Of a stretch of DNA of 64,000 nt, positions 27,033-36,549 are shown in pieces. A program made the position numbers and the translations under genes. The notes under the pieces were generated by a model. It ran no database searches, was not told the DNA's origin, and was given only the letters and a program-made list of their open reading frames with translations. The stretch is from positions 82,741 to 146,740 of the forward strand of contig JBAZMP010000001.1 in NCBI GenBank assembly GCA_041649715.1. Direction: 5' to 3'. Each line of letters starts with the position of its first letter. Positions within the stretch are counted from its first letter, which is position 1. Source of the DNA: Patescibacteria group bacterium. Its GTDB lineage: Bacteria > Patescibacteriota > Patescibacteriia > JAXHNJ01.

Positions 27033-27080
27033 ATAAAAAACAGTTGCTTTGTTTTTCAGCCACCGTTTTATTTTTACTAA

Positions 27081-27644
27081 TTAAGAAATTTTGGTAAAGA
27101 TAAGTCCGTAATGAAATTGGCCGGCCTTGAAATCGTCCATCAAAGCGAGATCGCAGGCAGCAGCCAATTGTTTGACTCTTTCGCGGGCGACGATATTTTT
27201 TTCCTGGGGCCCAAAAACAATCCCCGCGGTGATCCAGTCAATGACCAGGAGACGCCCTTCCTTTTTCAGCGTCCGGCCGCATTCTTTTAAGATCTCTTTT
27301 TGTTTTTTTGACTGATTGAGAACATTGACTAAAAGACCGCGGTCCAGGCTTTCATTTTTTATTCTTTTGGCGGCGCCGTAGATTTCCAGATCTGACCAGA
27401 CGCAGCGGATCGTTTGGTCTAACCCCCGGAATTTGGCGATGGCCCACAAGGCGGAAAGATTGGGTTTAAAAATATCGACGGCAAAAACCCGGCCTTTCGG
27501 TCCGACCATTTCGGCCGCCTGCAAGGTAAAATAACCGGAACCGCCGGAGCCAAAAACGCCGACGCGCATCGCGAGGCTTATTTCCAGACGCTCCAGGAGC
27601 ACGGCTGGCTCCAGATAGGTTTTGCCGGAGGGAAGTCTGACCAT
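27081..27644 (-). CDS. SAM-dependent methyltransferase
   Basis: VFGSGGSGYF glycine-rich motif I and VDIF acidic motif. Confidence 0.5.
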   Translation of the reverse strand: MVRLPSGKTYLEPAVLLERLEISLAMRVGVFGSGGSGYFTLQAAEMVGPKGRVFAVDIFKPNLSALWAIAKFRGLDQTIRCVWSDLEIYGAAKRIKNESLDRGLLVNVLNQSKKQKEILKECGRTLKKEGRLLVIDWITAGIVFGPQEKNIVARERVKQLAAACDLALMDDFKAGQFHYGLIFTKIS

Positions 27645-27664
27645 GAATTTATTATAGCAAATTT

Positions 27665-28267
27665 TTAGGTTTTTTGTAAGGGCTTGAACGAGAATCGGTG
27701 CAAAAAGCAGGGGCCGTGTTTCCGAAGGGCGGCCAGATGATGGCCGGTGCCATAGCCTTTATTGACTTCAAATTGATAGTGGGGATATTGACGGCTTTTT
27801 TTGACCATATACCGGTCGCGGGAAACTTTAGCGAGGATGGAGGCGGCGGCAATGGAAAAGACCTTTTCATCGCCTTTAACGATTGAGGCGGAAGGCGGGC
27901 GTGTTTTTAGGCGGTGAGCGTCGATTAAGAGGAAGTCGGGTTTTACTTTTAATTTATTGACGGCCATTTCCATGACCTTAAAATTTGCCGCTTGGATGCC
28001 GATTTTATCGATTTGTTTCTGATTTATGGAAGCAACCGCCCAAGCCAAGGCTTGCGTCGTGATTTTTTGGTAGAGGTATGATCTCTGTTCCGGATCGAGC
28101 TTTTTTGAATCGTTTACGCCGGTAATTTTAACCCCTTTTTTAAAAATCACCGCGCCGGCGTAGATCGGTCCGGCGATCGGTCCTCGGCCGGCTTCATCAA
28201 CGCCGGCGATATATTTATAACCCTTTTTCCAGAGTTTTTTTTCTTCTTCCTGGGTCGGAAATTTCAT
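27665..28267 (-). CDS. rnhB: ribonuclease HII
   Basis: GVDEAGRGPIAGP...DSKKL...KGDEKV...SIAAASILAKVSRD. Confidence 0.85.
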   Translation of the reverse strand: MKFPTQEEEKKLWKKGYKYIAGVDEAGRGPIAGPIYAGAVIFKKGVKITGVNDSKKLDPEQRSYLYQKITTQALAWAVASINQKQIDKIGIQAANFKVMEMAVNKLKVKPDFLLIDAHRLKTRPPSASIVKGDEKVFSIAAASILAKVSRDRYMVKKSRQYPHYQFEVNKGYGTGHHLAALRKHGPCFLHRFSFKPLQKT

Positions 28268-28295
28268 GACCTAAGTATAAGGGTTTTTTAAAATA

Positions 28296-28520
28296 AAAAA
28301 AATGGGGCTCACTTGGCTTGAATAAGCTCAAGATATTGCCCCCGTTTCGTGGCCTAGGGCTAAGAAGCCCGCTCAATTCGTGAAGTTAATCACGCGATTG
28401 GGATTATCCCTAGGCTTGGCCGCTAATGCGGCGTGCCACTTATTGCCCTTGCGGGCGTCTTCAATGATAGGATCGGTTCTGTCCGATCCTCCGTTCCGGG
28501 CCCCTCAACCTGTGAGGAGA
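28296..28520 (-). ncRNA. candidate structured non-coding RNA of about 225 nt with its own consensus promoter
   Basis: Minus-strand TTGACA at 28551-28556, a 17-nt spacer and TAAAAT at 28528-28533. GC-rich structured body with no ORF. A T8 run with a weak hairpin near 28296-28330. Confidence 0.4.
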
Positions 28521-28564
28521 CATATATATTTTAGTCTCATCTCTTATGGCTGTCAATAATATAT

Positions 28565-28592
28565 TAAATATTTAAGATAAAAAAAATTTGGG
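28565..28592 (-). terminator. intrinsic terminator on the minus strand
   Basis: Minus strand reads gggccgag-tctgaaataag-ctcggccc followed by aaatttttttt. Confidence 0.7.
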
Positions 28593-28860
28593 CCGAGCTT
28601 ATTTCAGACTCGGCCCCGACGATATTCTATGTTGCGAAGCAATGGTTGTCCCTTACTACGGTACCTTCTGAGGTCTCCTCACGGAATCCTCCCTCGGTTT
28701 GGTATTGAAGGGGTACGCCCATTTGCGCGGGGCATCAGCCCCGACCACGCGTCCTCATTAGAGCCAAGACATCTTTTTTCCGGCGCTAATAGGGACGAAA
28801 AACAACGATATTTCCAAGTTATCATAAAAACAGAGGCTTGTCAAGAGTATAGCCTCTCTC
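28593..28860 (-). ncRNA. structured RNA of about 270 nt between trxB and the terminator: either a long 3' UTR or an independent ncRNA
   Basis: GC-rich and hairpin-rich (ggtcggggctgatgccccgcgc...). No ORF. No convincing separate promoter was found. Confidence 0.3.
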
Positions 28861-28892
28861 AAAAGTGTTAATTAGCTGTTTGTATCTCTTGA

Positions 28893-29831
28893 TTATTTTC
28901 CCCAATCAACAAAGATGTTTTTTGTTTTTCCCTGGGCTTGCAGATATTGATGGCAGGCAAGGGCAGCCTTGGCCCCTTCCCCCGCGGAGATCACAAGCTG
29001 TTTATAGGGGGTATCCGTCACATCGCCGGCGGCAAAAACACCGGGCAATGAGGTGCGGCCCTGATGGTCGACGATGATCTGATTTTTTTCGTCTTGCTTC
29101 ACGAGACCGGCCAGAAAATCCGCTCTAACCTCATACCCGATTTCTACAAAAACTCCCTCAACGTTTAGCGTAACATTTTTTCCTTTCTGTTCAACGATTA
29201 TTTGATTGACCTTATTTTCACCCTTAATTTCTTTGACGGCGCTATCATAGAGAATTTCTATGGCTTTATTCTTTAAAACTTGGTTGATCAGTATTTCTTC
29301 ACCCCTGAATATTTCACGGCGATGGATGAGATATACTTTTGGCGAGTTTTGGGCTAGCATCAAAGCGGCATCCAGGGCGGAGTTGCCCCCGCCGACGACG
29401 GCCACGGTTTTATTTTTATATAGCGGCGCGTCGCAATTGGCGCAGTAAGCCACGCCCCTGCCGACAAATTTTTCCTCGCCCGGCACCCCCAGATGCCGGT
29501 GGGAAAGACCCGAGCTTAAGACAAGGGCAGAACTTAAATATTCTCCGTTATTGGTTTTAACCAAGAATTCATTTCCTTTTTTAGTAAGACCAATGGCTTC
29601 CTCGCCTTTGAACTCAGCGCCGAATCTCTGGGCCTGTTTTAAGAAGTTCATCATCAAGGTGGCGCCATCGGCTGCTTCAACGCCGGGATAATTTTCAATC
29701 AGGCCGGCGTTGGTCGCTTGTCCGCCGATATCTTCGGAAATCAATAGGGTTTTGAGATTCCGTCGGCTGGCAAAGATAGCGGCCGAGAGTCCGGCTGAAC
29801 CGGCGCCGATTATAATAACATCATATTTCAT
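28893..29831 (-). CDS. trxB: thioredoxin reductase
   Basis: FAD motif IIGAGSAG, redox CxxC CANC, NADPH GGGNSA. Confidence 0.85.
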   Translation of the reverse strand: MKYDVIIIGAGSAGLSAAIFASRRNLKTLLISEDIGGQATNAGLIENYPGVEAADGATLMMNFLKQAQRFGAEFKGEEAIGLTKKGNEFLVKTNNGEYLSSALVLSSGLSHRHLGVPGEEKFVGRGVAYCANCDAPLYKNKTVAVVGGGNSALDAALMLAQNSPKVYLIHRREIFRGEEILINQVLKNKAIEILYDSAVKEIKGENKVNQIIVEQKGKNVTLNVEGVFVEIGYEVRADFLAGLVKQDEKNQIIVDHQGRTSLPGVFAAGDVTDTPYKQLVISAGEGAKAALACHQYLQAQGKTKNIFVDWGK

Positions 29832-29838
29832 GTTTATA

Positions 29839-30162
29839 TTATATATATTTATTAAGTTCCGCGATCAGCTTGTCTTTGGTCTGCAGACCCACGGCTTGCC
29901 AGATCACTTCGCCGCCCTTAAAAATCATTATAGTGGGGATACTTTGGACCTGATATTTTTCCGCCATTTGTGAATTCTGATCTACTTCTAGTTTTCCGAC
30001 CTTGGCTTTCCCGGCCATTTCGGCTGCGACGGCTTCTATAATCGGCCCCTGCATTTTGCAGGGTCCGCACCAAGTCGCCCAAAAATCAACTAGGACGGGT
30101 AATTTTTGTTCTTTTAAAACTTCGACTTCGAAGTTTTGATCAGTGAAAATAATTTCAGACAT
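29839..30162 (-). CDS. trxA: thioredoxin
   Basis: WCGPC active site. Confidence 0.85.
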   Translation of the reverse strand: MSEIIFTDQNFEVEVLKEQKLPVLVDFWATWCGPCKMQGPIIEAVAAEMAGKAKVGKLEVDQNSQMAEKYQVQSIPTIMIFKGGEVIWQAVGLQTKDKLIAELNKYI

Positions 30163-30169
30163 AATATTT

Positions 30170-30424
30170 TTAATTAATTTTAAATAAATTGTTAGTTATA
30201 TATTCAAGCTGCTTTATTTTATCATGTTTTACCCCTTTTTCACAAAAACAGCGCGAGCTTTCGTCCTGTAATATAGCCGAACATATTTTTTCCAAGGAAG
30301 CCCGGCTGGCCAGCAATTGCTGGATAATTTCCTTGCAATCGCGTTTTTCTTCCAGCATTTTTTCAATACCGGCGATCTGGCCGCTTAGACGATGGAGATG
30401 CGATTTTATAGCTGATTGTTCCAT
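30170..30424 (-). CDS. CsoR/RcnR/FrmR-family metal-sensing transcriptional repressor (DUF156)
   Basis: Four-helix-bundle size, conserved Cys and His positions, RLSGQIAGIEKM. Confidence 0.55.
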   Translation of the reverse strand: MEQSAIKSHLHRLSGQIAGIEKMLEEKRDCKEIIQQLLASRASLEKICSAILQDESSRCFCEKGVKHDKIKQLEYITNNLFKIN

Positions 30425-30619
30425 ATTTTGGCGAATTTAAGCCTCAGACGGTAAAAGGAGGTATACTGGGGGGGAGTATATTTATAATATGGTTATATCA
30501 ATATAAAGTCAAGTTATAAAAATATTTAGATTAGAGGGGTGCGGAAAATGCAAATTAAAAACACCTTAGCGGAAAGGTGTATTTTTCTGACCTATTCGTT
30601 AATCAGATCAGCTTTACTT

Positions 30620-31198
30620 TTATAAGGTCGGCGCAGGCTGTCCAGCTAGCCAGAGGTTCCAACAGAAAATGAAGTCGTCAGACTCAAGGTAAGTACTGAT
30701 TTCTGCGTAATCTCCAAGACAACTCAGAAATTTCTGTTGGTAGTAGACGTGATCACTTGAATCCCCAGCAGGGCCTTCCGGGCCTGTTGGACCTTGCGCT
30801 CCAGTAGCTCCTGTTGGCCCCTGTGGTCCTGTCGGACCGGCTGGACCCGCAGGCCCTCGTAATGCAGTGCTCGCAAGATCCACGGTTAAGTTACCTTTTA
30901 TTTCTACATCGTCATCAATAATGAGTGGTTTGTCGTCTCCGGGGCCTTGTATAGCCCCGCGATAGAGGCGACCATCAATACGTATGTTGTCGCCGAAGGT
31001 AACGGGGTTGTCCGCTCCGTCAGTCGTTGTCGCATTGATGATCGTTCCGTTGAAATATGTCACTCCGCCGAGGCCCTGCTGTCCGACCTTTAGGGAATTG
31101 ACCTGCAGGGTGTCGTTAATGACCTGGGTGGCCTGGGCGGTTTGTGCGATGATAAAAACCGCAATAGCGACCCCCAGAAAGATTGGTAGTTTTCGCAT
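30620..31198 (-). CDS. secreted collagen-like (Gly-X-Y) triple-helix repeat protein
   Basis: Signal peptide. [32 protein letters not shown] Gly-X-Y run. Confidence 0.6.
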   Translation of the reverse strand: MRKLPIFLGVAIAVFIIAQTAQATQVINDTLQVNSLKVGQQGLGGVTYFNGTIINATTTDGADNPVTFGDNIRIDGRLYRGAIQGPGDDKPLIIDDDVEIKGNLTVDLASTALRGPAGPAGPTGPQGPTGATGAQGPTGPEGPAGDSSDHVYYQQKFLSCLGDYAEISTYLESDDFIFCWNLWLAGQPAPTL

Positions 31199-31345
31199 AA
31201 TGTTTCATTCTTTAATAATAAATGTAGACATTTTTATTATAGTCTCGTCCAAAAAAAACAAGCATAAAAGAACATATTGTTGATATATTAACAAGATTAA
31301 GTTGATAATAATCAAAAAACAGCTATTTTATTAATAACTGTTCTT

Positions 31346-31421
31346 TGGTGGACCTCAGGGGGCTCGAACCCCTCACCTCTTCCATGCCATGGAAGCGCTC
31401 TACCAAATGAGCTAGAGGCCC
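31346..31421 (-). tRNA. tRNA-Ala, anticodon GGC, with G3:U70; CCA encoded
   Basis: Acceptor gggcctc/gaggtcc, anticodon stem cttcc/ggaag with loop atGGCat, T-arm aggggttcgagcccct. Confidence 0.85.
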
Positions 31422-31473
31422 CGTTAGAAATCTATGAAAATTATTTTCGTTTATGGATACGCAATATACATTT

Positions 31474-31956
31474 CTAACGGGGCAAGCCCAGATTATTATG
31501 CCATAGAATTAGTTCTATTTTCCTTCCCAATTTACCGTTTTTTTTACCAAATGTCCAATGATGGATAACCGGTGATCGTTTACGAGAACTATTGCTAATC
31601 GCTTTTTTATTTCCGATATAAAATCCGATATGTTTGTGAAATTTGCCATTTTTCGATTTTACTGGCTCCCAGATCAAAACGCTTCCAATTTTAGGTTTAT
31701 TCACGGATTTCCACCCTCGACGTATCATATCCCCTTTAGTACCCTCGACAGTCGCATGTGTGGTTGCTATTAGATTAAATATAGCTAGAATTGAAGAAAC
31801 GTAGAATGCGCAGGAATAAACTCCGTTAGTAATGTCAGTCTTTTTTCCTTTAACTTTCACATACAAATGTTGAAAAAGGCGGGTACCCACACTTGTCTTA
31901 ATGACTGTCAGATAAGTGGGTAGAAGCATTAACTTAACCTTACTTTTTTCAACCAT
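31474..31956 (-). CDS. putative NlpC/P60- or CHAP-like cysteine hydrolase; the ORF track's N-terminal extension to 32106 overlaps two tRNAs and is rejected
   Basis: Candidate Cys (YSCAFY) and His (HKHIGFY, VIHH) positions. Start moved to ATG 31954-31956, just downstream of tRNA-Ala(CGC). Confidence 0.35.
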   Translation of the reverse strand: MVEKSKVKLMLLPTYLTVIKTSVGTRLFQHLYVKVKGKKTDITNGVYSCAFYVSSILAIFNLIATTHATVEGTKGDMIRRGWKSVNKPKIGSVLIWEPVKSKNGKFHKHIGFYIGNKKAISNSSRKRSPVIHHWTFGKKNGKLGRKIELILWHNNLGLPR

Positions 31957-31962
31957 ATTATT

Positions 31963-32036
31963 TGGTGGAGATACCGGGAGTCGAACCCGGGTCTCGGCAA
32001 TGCGAATGCCGCGTATTGCCACTATACTATATCCCC
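31963..32036 (-). tRNA. tRNA-Ala, anticodon CGC, with G3:U70; CCA encoded
   Basis: Acceptor ggggata/tatctcc, anticodon stem cggca/tgccg with loop ttCGCat, T-arm cccgggttcgactcccgg. Confidence 0.8.
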
Positions 32037-32097
32037 AAGAATTATTGTATTTGTGGTACTCCCCTGCTTGTTTTTCCTGATTATAGGGCAGGGGATA

Positions 32098-32170
32098 TGC
32101 CCCCACCAGGAATCGAACCTGGATTTATCCCTTAGGACGGGACCGTTCTAGTCCATTGAACTACAGGGGC
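32098..32170 (-). tRNA. tRNA-Arg, anticodon CCT; no CCA
   Basis: Acceptor gcccctg/tgggggc, D-stem gttc/gaac, anticodon stem gtccc/gggat with loop gtCCTaa, T-arm ccaggttcgattcctgg. Confidence 0.75.
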
Positions 32171-32489
32171 TAGTATTTAAATTGTCCATTGTCTCCCTTC
32201 GGGAGATCTGCGTAGGCAGAAACTACAGTGTGTATTTTTTGGTTTATTGTCACTCAGCGAGTGATTCCTGTCCCTACGAGATATCTTTCGTTCGGATGGC
32301 GAAAAAAGGGGAAAGACAGGTGAGGGATTAGGTTTTAAAAATGTTCCACGTGGAACATTTTGTTATTTTGAGGCTAATATTAGGTATATTTTCATTAAAA
32401 ATCAAGAAAAAAAAGTAAAATATATGAAAATAATTTGAAAAAAATATATTATTTAGCTATATATAGCTAATAATAAGTGTCGCAAAATG

Positions 32490-32738
32490 CTATTTGATAA
32501 TATATGATGAAATATGTTCAGCAAAATGAGTGACTTTGCTTGTTTTCAGATCAAAGACATACAATCCGATAAATATAACAATTATCGTAAAAGTTAAAAC
32601 AAATACCTTAGTTAGATTATGTTTCAAAATTTGATGGTATGTCTGCTCGTTAGTATGCGATATATTTGCTACCGGCTTGATAGCTGGTTGATTTTGGGTA
32701 AAAAATGCCTGAAATTTCCTTTTTTTATCCTTGCTCAT
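32490..32738 (-). CDS. hypothetical small membrane protein
   Basis: Single transmembrane helix. Confidence 0.3.
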   Translation of the reverse strand: MSKDKKRKFQAFFTQNQPAIKPVANISHTNEQTYHQILKHNLTKVFVLTFTIIVIFIGLYVFDLKTSKVTHFAEHISSYIIK

Positions 32739-32781
32739 ATAAAAATAATACGATATTTAATAAATTTTATCAAGTAAAAAC

Positions 32782-32810
32782 TTGACAAATGGCTAATTTT
32801 AGCGTATAAT
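32782..32810 (+). promoter_or_regulatory. consensus promoter TTGACA-17-TATAAT upstream of the giant surface-protein gene
   Basis: ttgaca at 32782-32787 and tataat at 32805-32810. Confidence 0.6.
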
Positions 32811-32879
32811 AAGGCTATAGGAATATTCTAAGACATTTTTTGCATATTCTTGGCATATTAACTAGCCGTATTATTATTA

Positions 32880-35800
32880 ATGAAAAATGCGATAATTAAA
32901 GCATATAGTGCCCATCAAAGAAGGTTAAATTGCATTAAAGAAGCGCCAGGCTTTTTTAAGCGTATTTCTATTTGCGTTCCGACTATAACTCGGGAAATAT
33001 TTTATAGTTTGCTTTATCTGCCGCATTTTTTAATTAACCTGCCGTATGATAATTTTCTCAAGGTAGCACCGCGGGATGAAAAAGGAAAGTGGATAATTTC
33101 TTATTCTCGATATTTAACCTACAAAAAATACGCCTTAAGCTTTCTTACGGTGTTTTTGTCAATATTTGGGTTAGTTTCATCTTTTATTATTTTTAATTTT
33201 AACGTATCGCCGGCGCAAGCGGCGGTTGTTTGTTCAGAACCTTTAACGGTTACCGTATTAGCACCAGCCTCAAATCAAACGATCTGTGTCGGCGAATCTT
33301 TTACATTTTCCGGATTTTTCAGAGATAGCGCAACGGGGACAACTTGTACCTCTTTAATTGAGTATACGGGAGTAGTAAATAGCAGCATTATTTCGACTTC
33401 GACCCCTATCAAGGTTTTATCAGGCTCGTATTTGGGGTCGGTTAACAATGAGACGACTACCTGGAGCAAAACTGTGTATGGTAACACAGCCGGTACTCAT
33501 ACTATTAAATTTAACGTTATAGCTCCCTCGGATATCGTTTATAGTTCTTCGACAAAAACCATTACCGTTAACTCTTTGGTCGATTGGGGGGTCGGGGAAC
33601 TTTCCCATTCCGCCAATACAACTTCTTCTATCACTTGGTCTTGGTCTGACATTGCCAGTGAAACTGCCTACCGGATAATGGATACTGGAGACGTCAATAA
33701 ATCAGGCGATTTGGCCGCCAATACCACTTCGTGGCAGGAGACAGGTTTATCCGCCAACACCCAATACACTCGTTATGCGCAGGCGGTTAATTCCTGCAAT
33801 AGCGTTAATACGGAAGATTCAAGTGTTTATACTTCTATTGAGTCTCCGACCGGAATCAGCTTTGATAACGTTGAAAAAAATTCCATTACGGTTTCCGGCA
33901 GCGGCTCTATTTCCAATCTCGCTTCCGGCAGTTCAGGCATCTATTTCGCCGAGAGCGTGACCGCCACCAACTCCGGCTGGCTGCAAACTAATTCCTGGGA
34001 GAAAACGGGTTTGACCGCCAATACCCAATATTCTTTCACCGGCCAGACAAGAAATAGCGACGGTGATACCACCACGGCCACGGCTGCGGAAACAAAATAC
34101 ACTTTAGCGGCGGATGCGGCGGCGACCGCCGACAAGATTGAAAATACCTGGTATAACACGGCCGACATTGTCTTTACCAACACGCCCGGATTCGGCGGGG
34201 GCGGCGTGGAATATTACCGTTATATTTGGGACCAAAATGACACTTATGTTTTTAATGATACAGAAACACAGTGGGATGCCGGGACCTTGACCAAAACCGC
34301 GACAAGCGAAGGAGAATGGTATTTACATATTAAGGCTTATAATGCGGAGGATGTGGCGGCCGCCAGTGGCGCCACTTTGGACTTAGGGCCATATGGTTAT
34401 GACGCCACTGGGCCAACGATCACTAATAATCAGTCTGGCGACGACACCTGGCGGAACGGAGCCGGCACGACCTATAACGTGGATTTTTCCAGCGGTGGTA
34501 ATTCCGATCTGGACTATGCCCAATACGCGGTGGGTTCCAGTCAGGGTGATACGGACATTATCGGCTGGACGAATATTTTTACGGATGATGTCGCCTCTTA
34601 CGAAACTAACTGGTCAGTCGATTTTAATAATCTAGAGGAAGGGGTAAATTATGTTTCTTTCCGGGTTTATGATTTGGCGGGCAATCTGACCACGGAGACC
34701 GATCCGGGATTTTATATCAAGGTTGATATCACCGAGCCAGTAATTACTAATAACGTTTCCGGTGATAATTCCTGGCGCAACGCGGCCGGAACAAGTTATG
34801 ACGTGGATTTTCTCTCCGGCGGCGGCTCGCTTTTGGATTACGCCCAGTACGCCGCGGGCACCTCTGAGGGAGCCAGCGATCTAATCGGCTGGACCAATAT
34901 TTTTGCCGATAATACCGCCAATTACACCGCGGCCTGGACCGTTGATTTTGCCGCTCTGCGGGAAGGTACCAATTATATTTCTTTCCGAGTTTATGATCAG
35001 GCGGGCAACGTGACAACCGTAACCAGCCAGGGTTTTTATATCAATAAAGATACCGTGCCGGCCAATACGGCCAGCGTTGAGACAGAGGCCACGACTGCCA
35101 GCGCCGTCATTACCTGGACGACGGACGAAGCCACGACCACCCAGGTGGCCTGGGGCACGACTGACAGTTACGGCAACCTTACGGCTGAAGATACGGACAT
35201 GGAAACCAGCCACAGCGTGACCATTAATGGTTTGAACGATGACACGATTTATCATTTTATACCCCTGGGGGACGACCGGGCGGGAAATCTGACCGCGGCC
35301 GCCGACTACGTTTTTACTACTGATCAGGTCGTGGCAACCGTCATCACTGATGTCCAGGTGACGGAAATTAATACTACTTCCGTTAAGGTTACCTGGACAA
35401 CCAATCACGCCGCTGATTCCAAAGTCCGATACGGTCTGACCACCGCCTACGGCGACGAAGTTTATGAGAGTGATTTGGCTACCAGTCACTCGATCACTAT
35501 AACCGGCTTGACACCCGATACCACTTATCATTATGAAGTCATAAGCACGGGTAATACCACCACTTACGACGCGGATGCAACTTTCACGACCGAAGAAGAA
35601 GAACCCGAGCCTGAACCAGAACCCGAGCCTGAACCAGAACCCGAGCCTGAACCAGAGCCGGGAACAGATACATATTTAGCTTCGCCGACCATCGTCTATC
35701 CCGAGGATAACTCGACCATAGATCTGGCGCGGCCGACGATCACCGGTCTTTCCCGTTCAAATAACACCATCTTTATTTTTATCGACGGTGATCTGGAAAA

Positions 35801-36464
35801 TACGGTCTTAAGCACCAACCATCCTTCCGGCACGGGTTCCTTTTTCTATAAAATGAGGCGTGACTTGAACGAGGGTGTGCACACTTTATATACGATAGCC
35901 AGAAATAGCGAAGGCGTTTATTCGGCGCGTTCGCCCAAAATATATTTTACCGTGGACTTACCATATATCACTCCGACGCTGCTGGAGCCGGTTTTCACGG
36001 ATGGCGCCAATCCGACCGTGATCATCCGCGGTGTGGCTTATAATGATTCATTAATCAAGGTTTATGTGGACGGCGTTTATGTCGGCGAGTTCAACGTTAC
36101 CAATAGCGTTAATAATAATACCGCTTCCTTTACTTATATCTTGCCGCTTTCCGATTTGTCCGTCGGCCAACATGGTATAACCACCAAAGCTTTTGATCTT
36201 TCCGGTCAAGCTTCCAACTTTTCCAACGCTGTCAGTTTCACTAAAACAGAAGCTTCCACTACGACAAATCAGCCGAGCTATGAGTTTACCGCCGGCCTGA
36301 CTTATCGCGTGGTCAGCGGTGATTCGCTTTGGAAGATCGCGGAGAGGTTTTACGGACACGGCCAAGATTACTCAAGGATTGTTTATGCTAATATTAATAT
36401 ATATCCTTCTTTGGCGACAAATCCCAGTTTAATCCAACCAGGCTGGCAACTTATCATTCCTTAA
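32880..36464 (+). CDS. giant cell-surface protein, 1194 aa: N-terminal membrane anchor, multiple fibronectin-III / Ig-like beta domains, an (EP)n linker, and a C-terminal LysM domain
   Basis: Repeated WS...T..YT.. FN3-like modules. A perfect 18-nt x3 tandem DNA repeat encodes EPEPEPEPEP at about 35594-35654. The C-terminus YRVVSGDSLWKIAERFYG...IQPGWQLIIP is a LysM domain. Confidence 0.7.
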   Translation: MKNAIIKAYSAHQRRLNCIKEAPGFFKRISICVPTITREIFYSLLYLPHFLINLPYDNFLKVAPRDEKGKWIISYSRYLTYKKYALSFLTVFLSIFGLVSSFIIFNFNVSPAQAAVVCSEPLTVTVLAPASNQTICVGESFTFSGFFRDSATGTTCTSLIEYTGVVNSSIISTSTPIKVLSGSYLGSVNNETTTWSKTVYGNTAGTHTIKFNVIAPSDIVYSSSTKTITVNSLVDWGVGELSHSANTTSSITWSWSDIASETAYRIMDTGDVNKSGDLAANTTSWQETGLSANTQYTRYAQAVNSCNSVNTEDSSVYTSIESPTGISFDNVEKNSITVSGSGSISNLASGSSGIYFAESVTATNSGWLQTNSWEKTGLTANTQYSFTGQTRNSDGDTTTATAAETKYTLAADAAATADKIENTWYNTADIVFTNTPGFGGGGVEYYRYIWDQNDTYVFNDTETQWDAGTLTKTATSEGEWYLHIKAYNAEDVAAASGATLDLGPYGYDATGPTITNNQSGDDTWRNGAGTTYNVDFSSGGNSDLDYAQYAVGSSQGDTDIIGWTNIFTDDVASYETNWSVDFNNLEEGVNYVSFRVYDLAGNLTTETDPGFYIKVDITEPVITNNVSGDNSWRNAAGTSYDVDFLSGGGSLLDYAQYAAGTSEGASDLIGWTNIFADNTANYTAAWTVDFAALREGTNYISFRVYDQAGNVTTVTSQGFYINKDTVPANTASVETEATTASAVITWTTDEATTTQVAWGTTDSYGNLTAEDTDMETSHSVTINGLNDDTIYHFIPLGDDRAGNLTAAADYVFTTDQVVATVITDVQVTEINTTSVKVTWTTNHAADSKVRYGLTTAYGDEVYESDLATSHSITITGLTPDTTYHYEVISTGNTTTYDADATFTTEEEEPEPEPEPEPEPEPEPEPEPGTDTYLASPTIVYPEDNSTIDLARPTITGLSRSNNTIFIFIDGDLENTVLSTNHPSGTGSFFYKMRRDLNEGVHTLYTIARNSEGVYSARSPKIYFTVDLPYITPTLLEPVFTDGANPTVIIRGVAYNDSLIKVYVDGVYVGEFNVTNSVNNNTASFTYILPLSDLSVGQHGITTKAFDLSGQASNFSNAVSFTKTEASTTTNQPSYEFTAGLTYRVVSGDSLWKIAERFYGHGQDYSRIVYANINIYPSLATNPSLIQPGWQLIIP

Positions 36465-36549
36465 AATATTACCGTAACAGTCAAAAACAAAAAAAAGAAA
36501 GCGGGAAGCTCATATAGGCGTCCCGCTTTTGAATGTTTGAACTACCGGA

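Noticed and set aside
28290-28860. RNase P RNA or SRP RNA assignment for the rnhB-trxB gap
   Set aside because: Only partial resemblance to the P4 region (ACAGAACC) and to the SRP GGAA/AGCA motifs. The hallmark GGAAAGTCCGGGC of RNase P is absent and the transcript lengths are too short. I kept it as an unclassified ncRNA candidate.
31957-32106. N-terminal 50 codons of ORF 31474-32106
   Set aside because: They overlap tRNA-Ala(CGC) and tRNA-Arg(CCT). The internal ATG at 31954-31956 gives a non-overlapping gene.
34881-35531. 216-aa Gly-rich minus-strand ORF inside the giant surface-protein gene
   Set aside because: It is antisense to a long, well-supported plus-strand ORF that has domain repeats and a LysM end.
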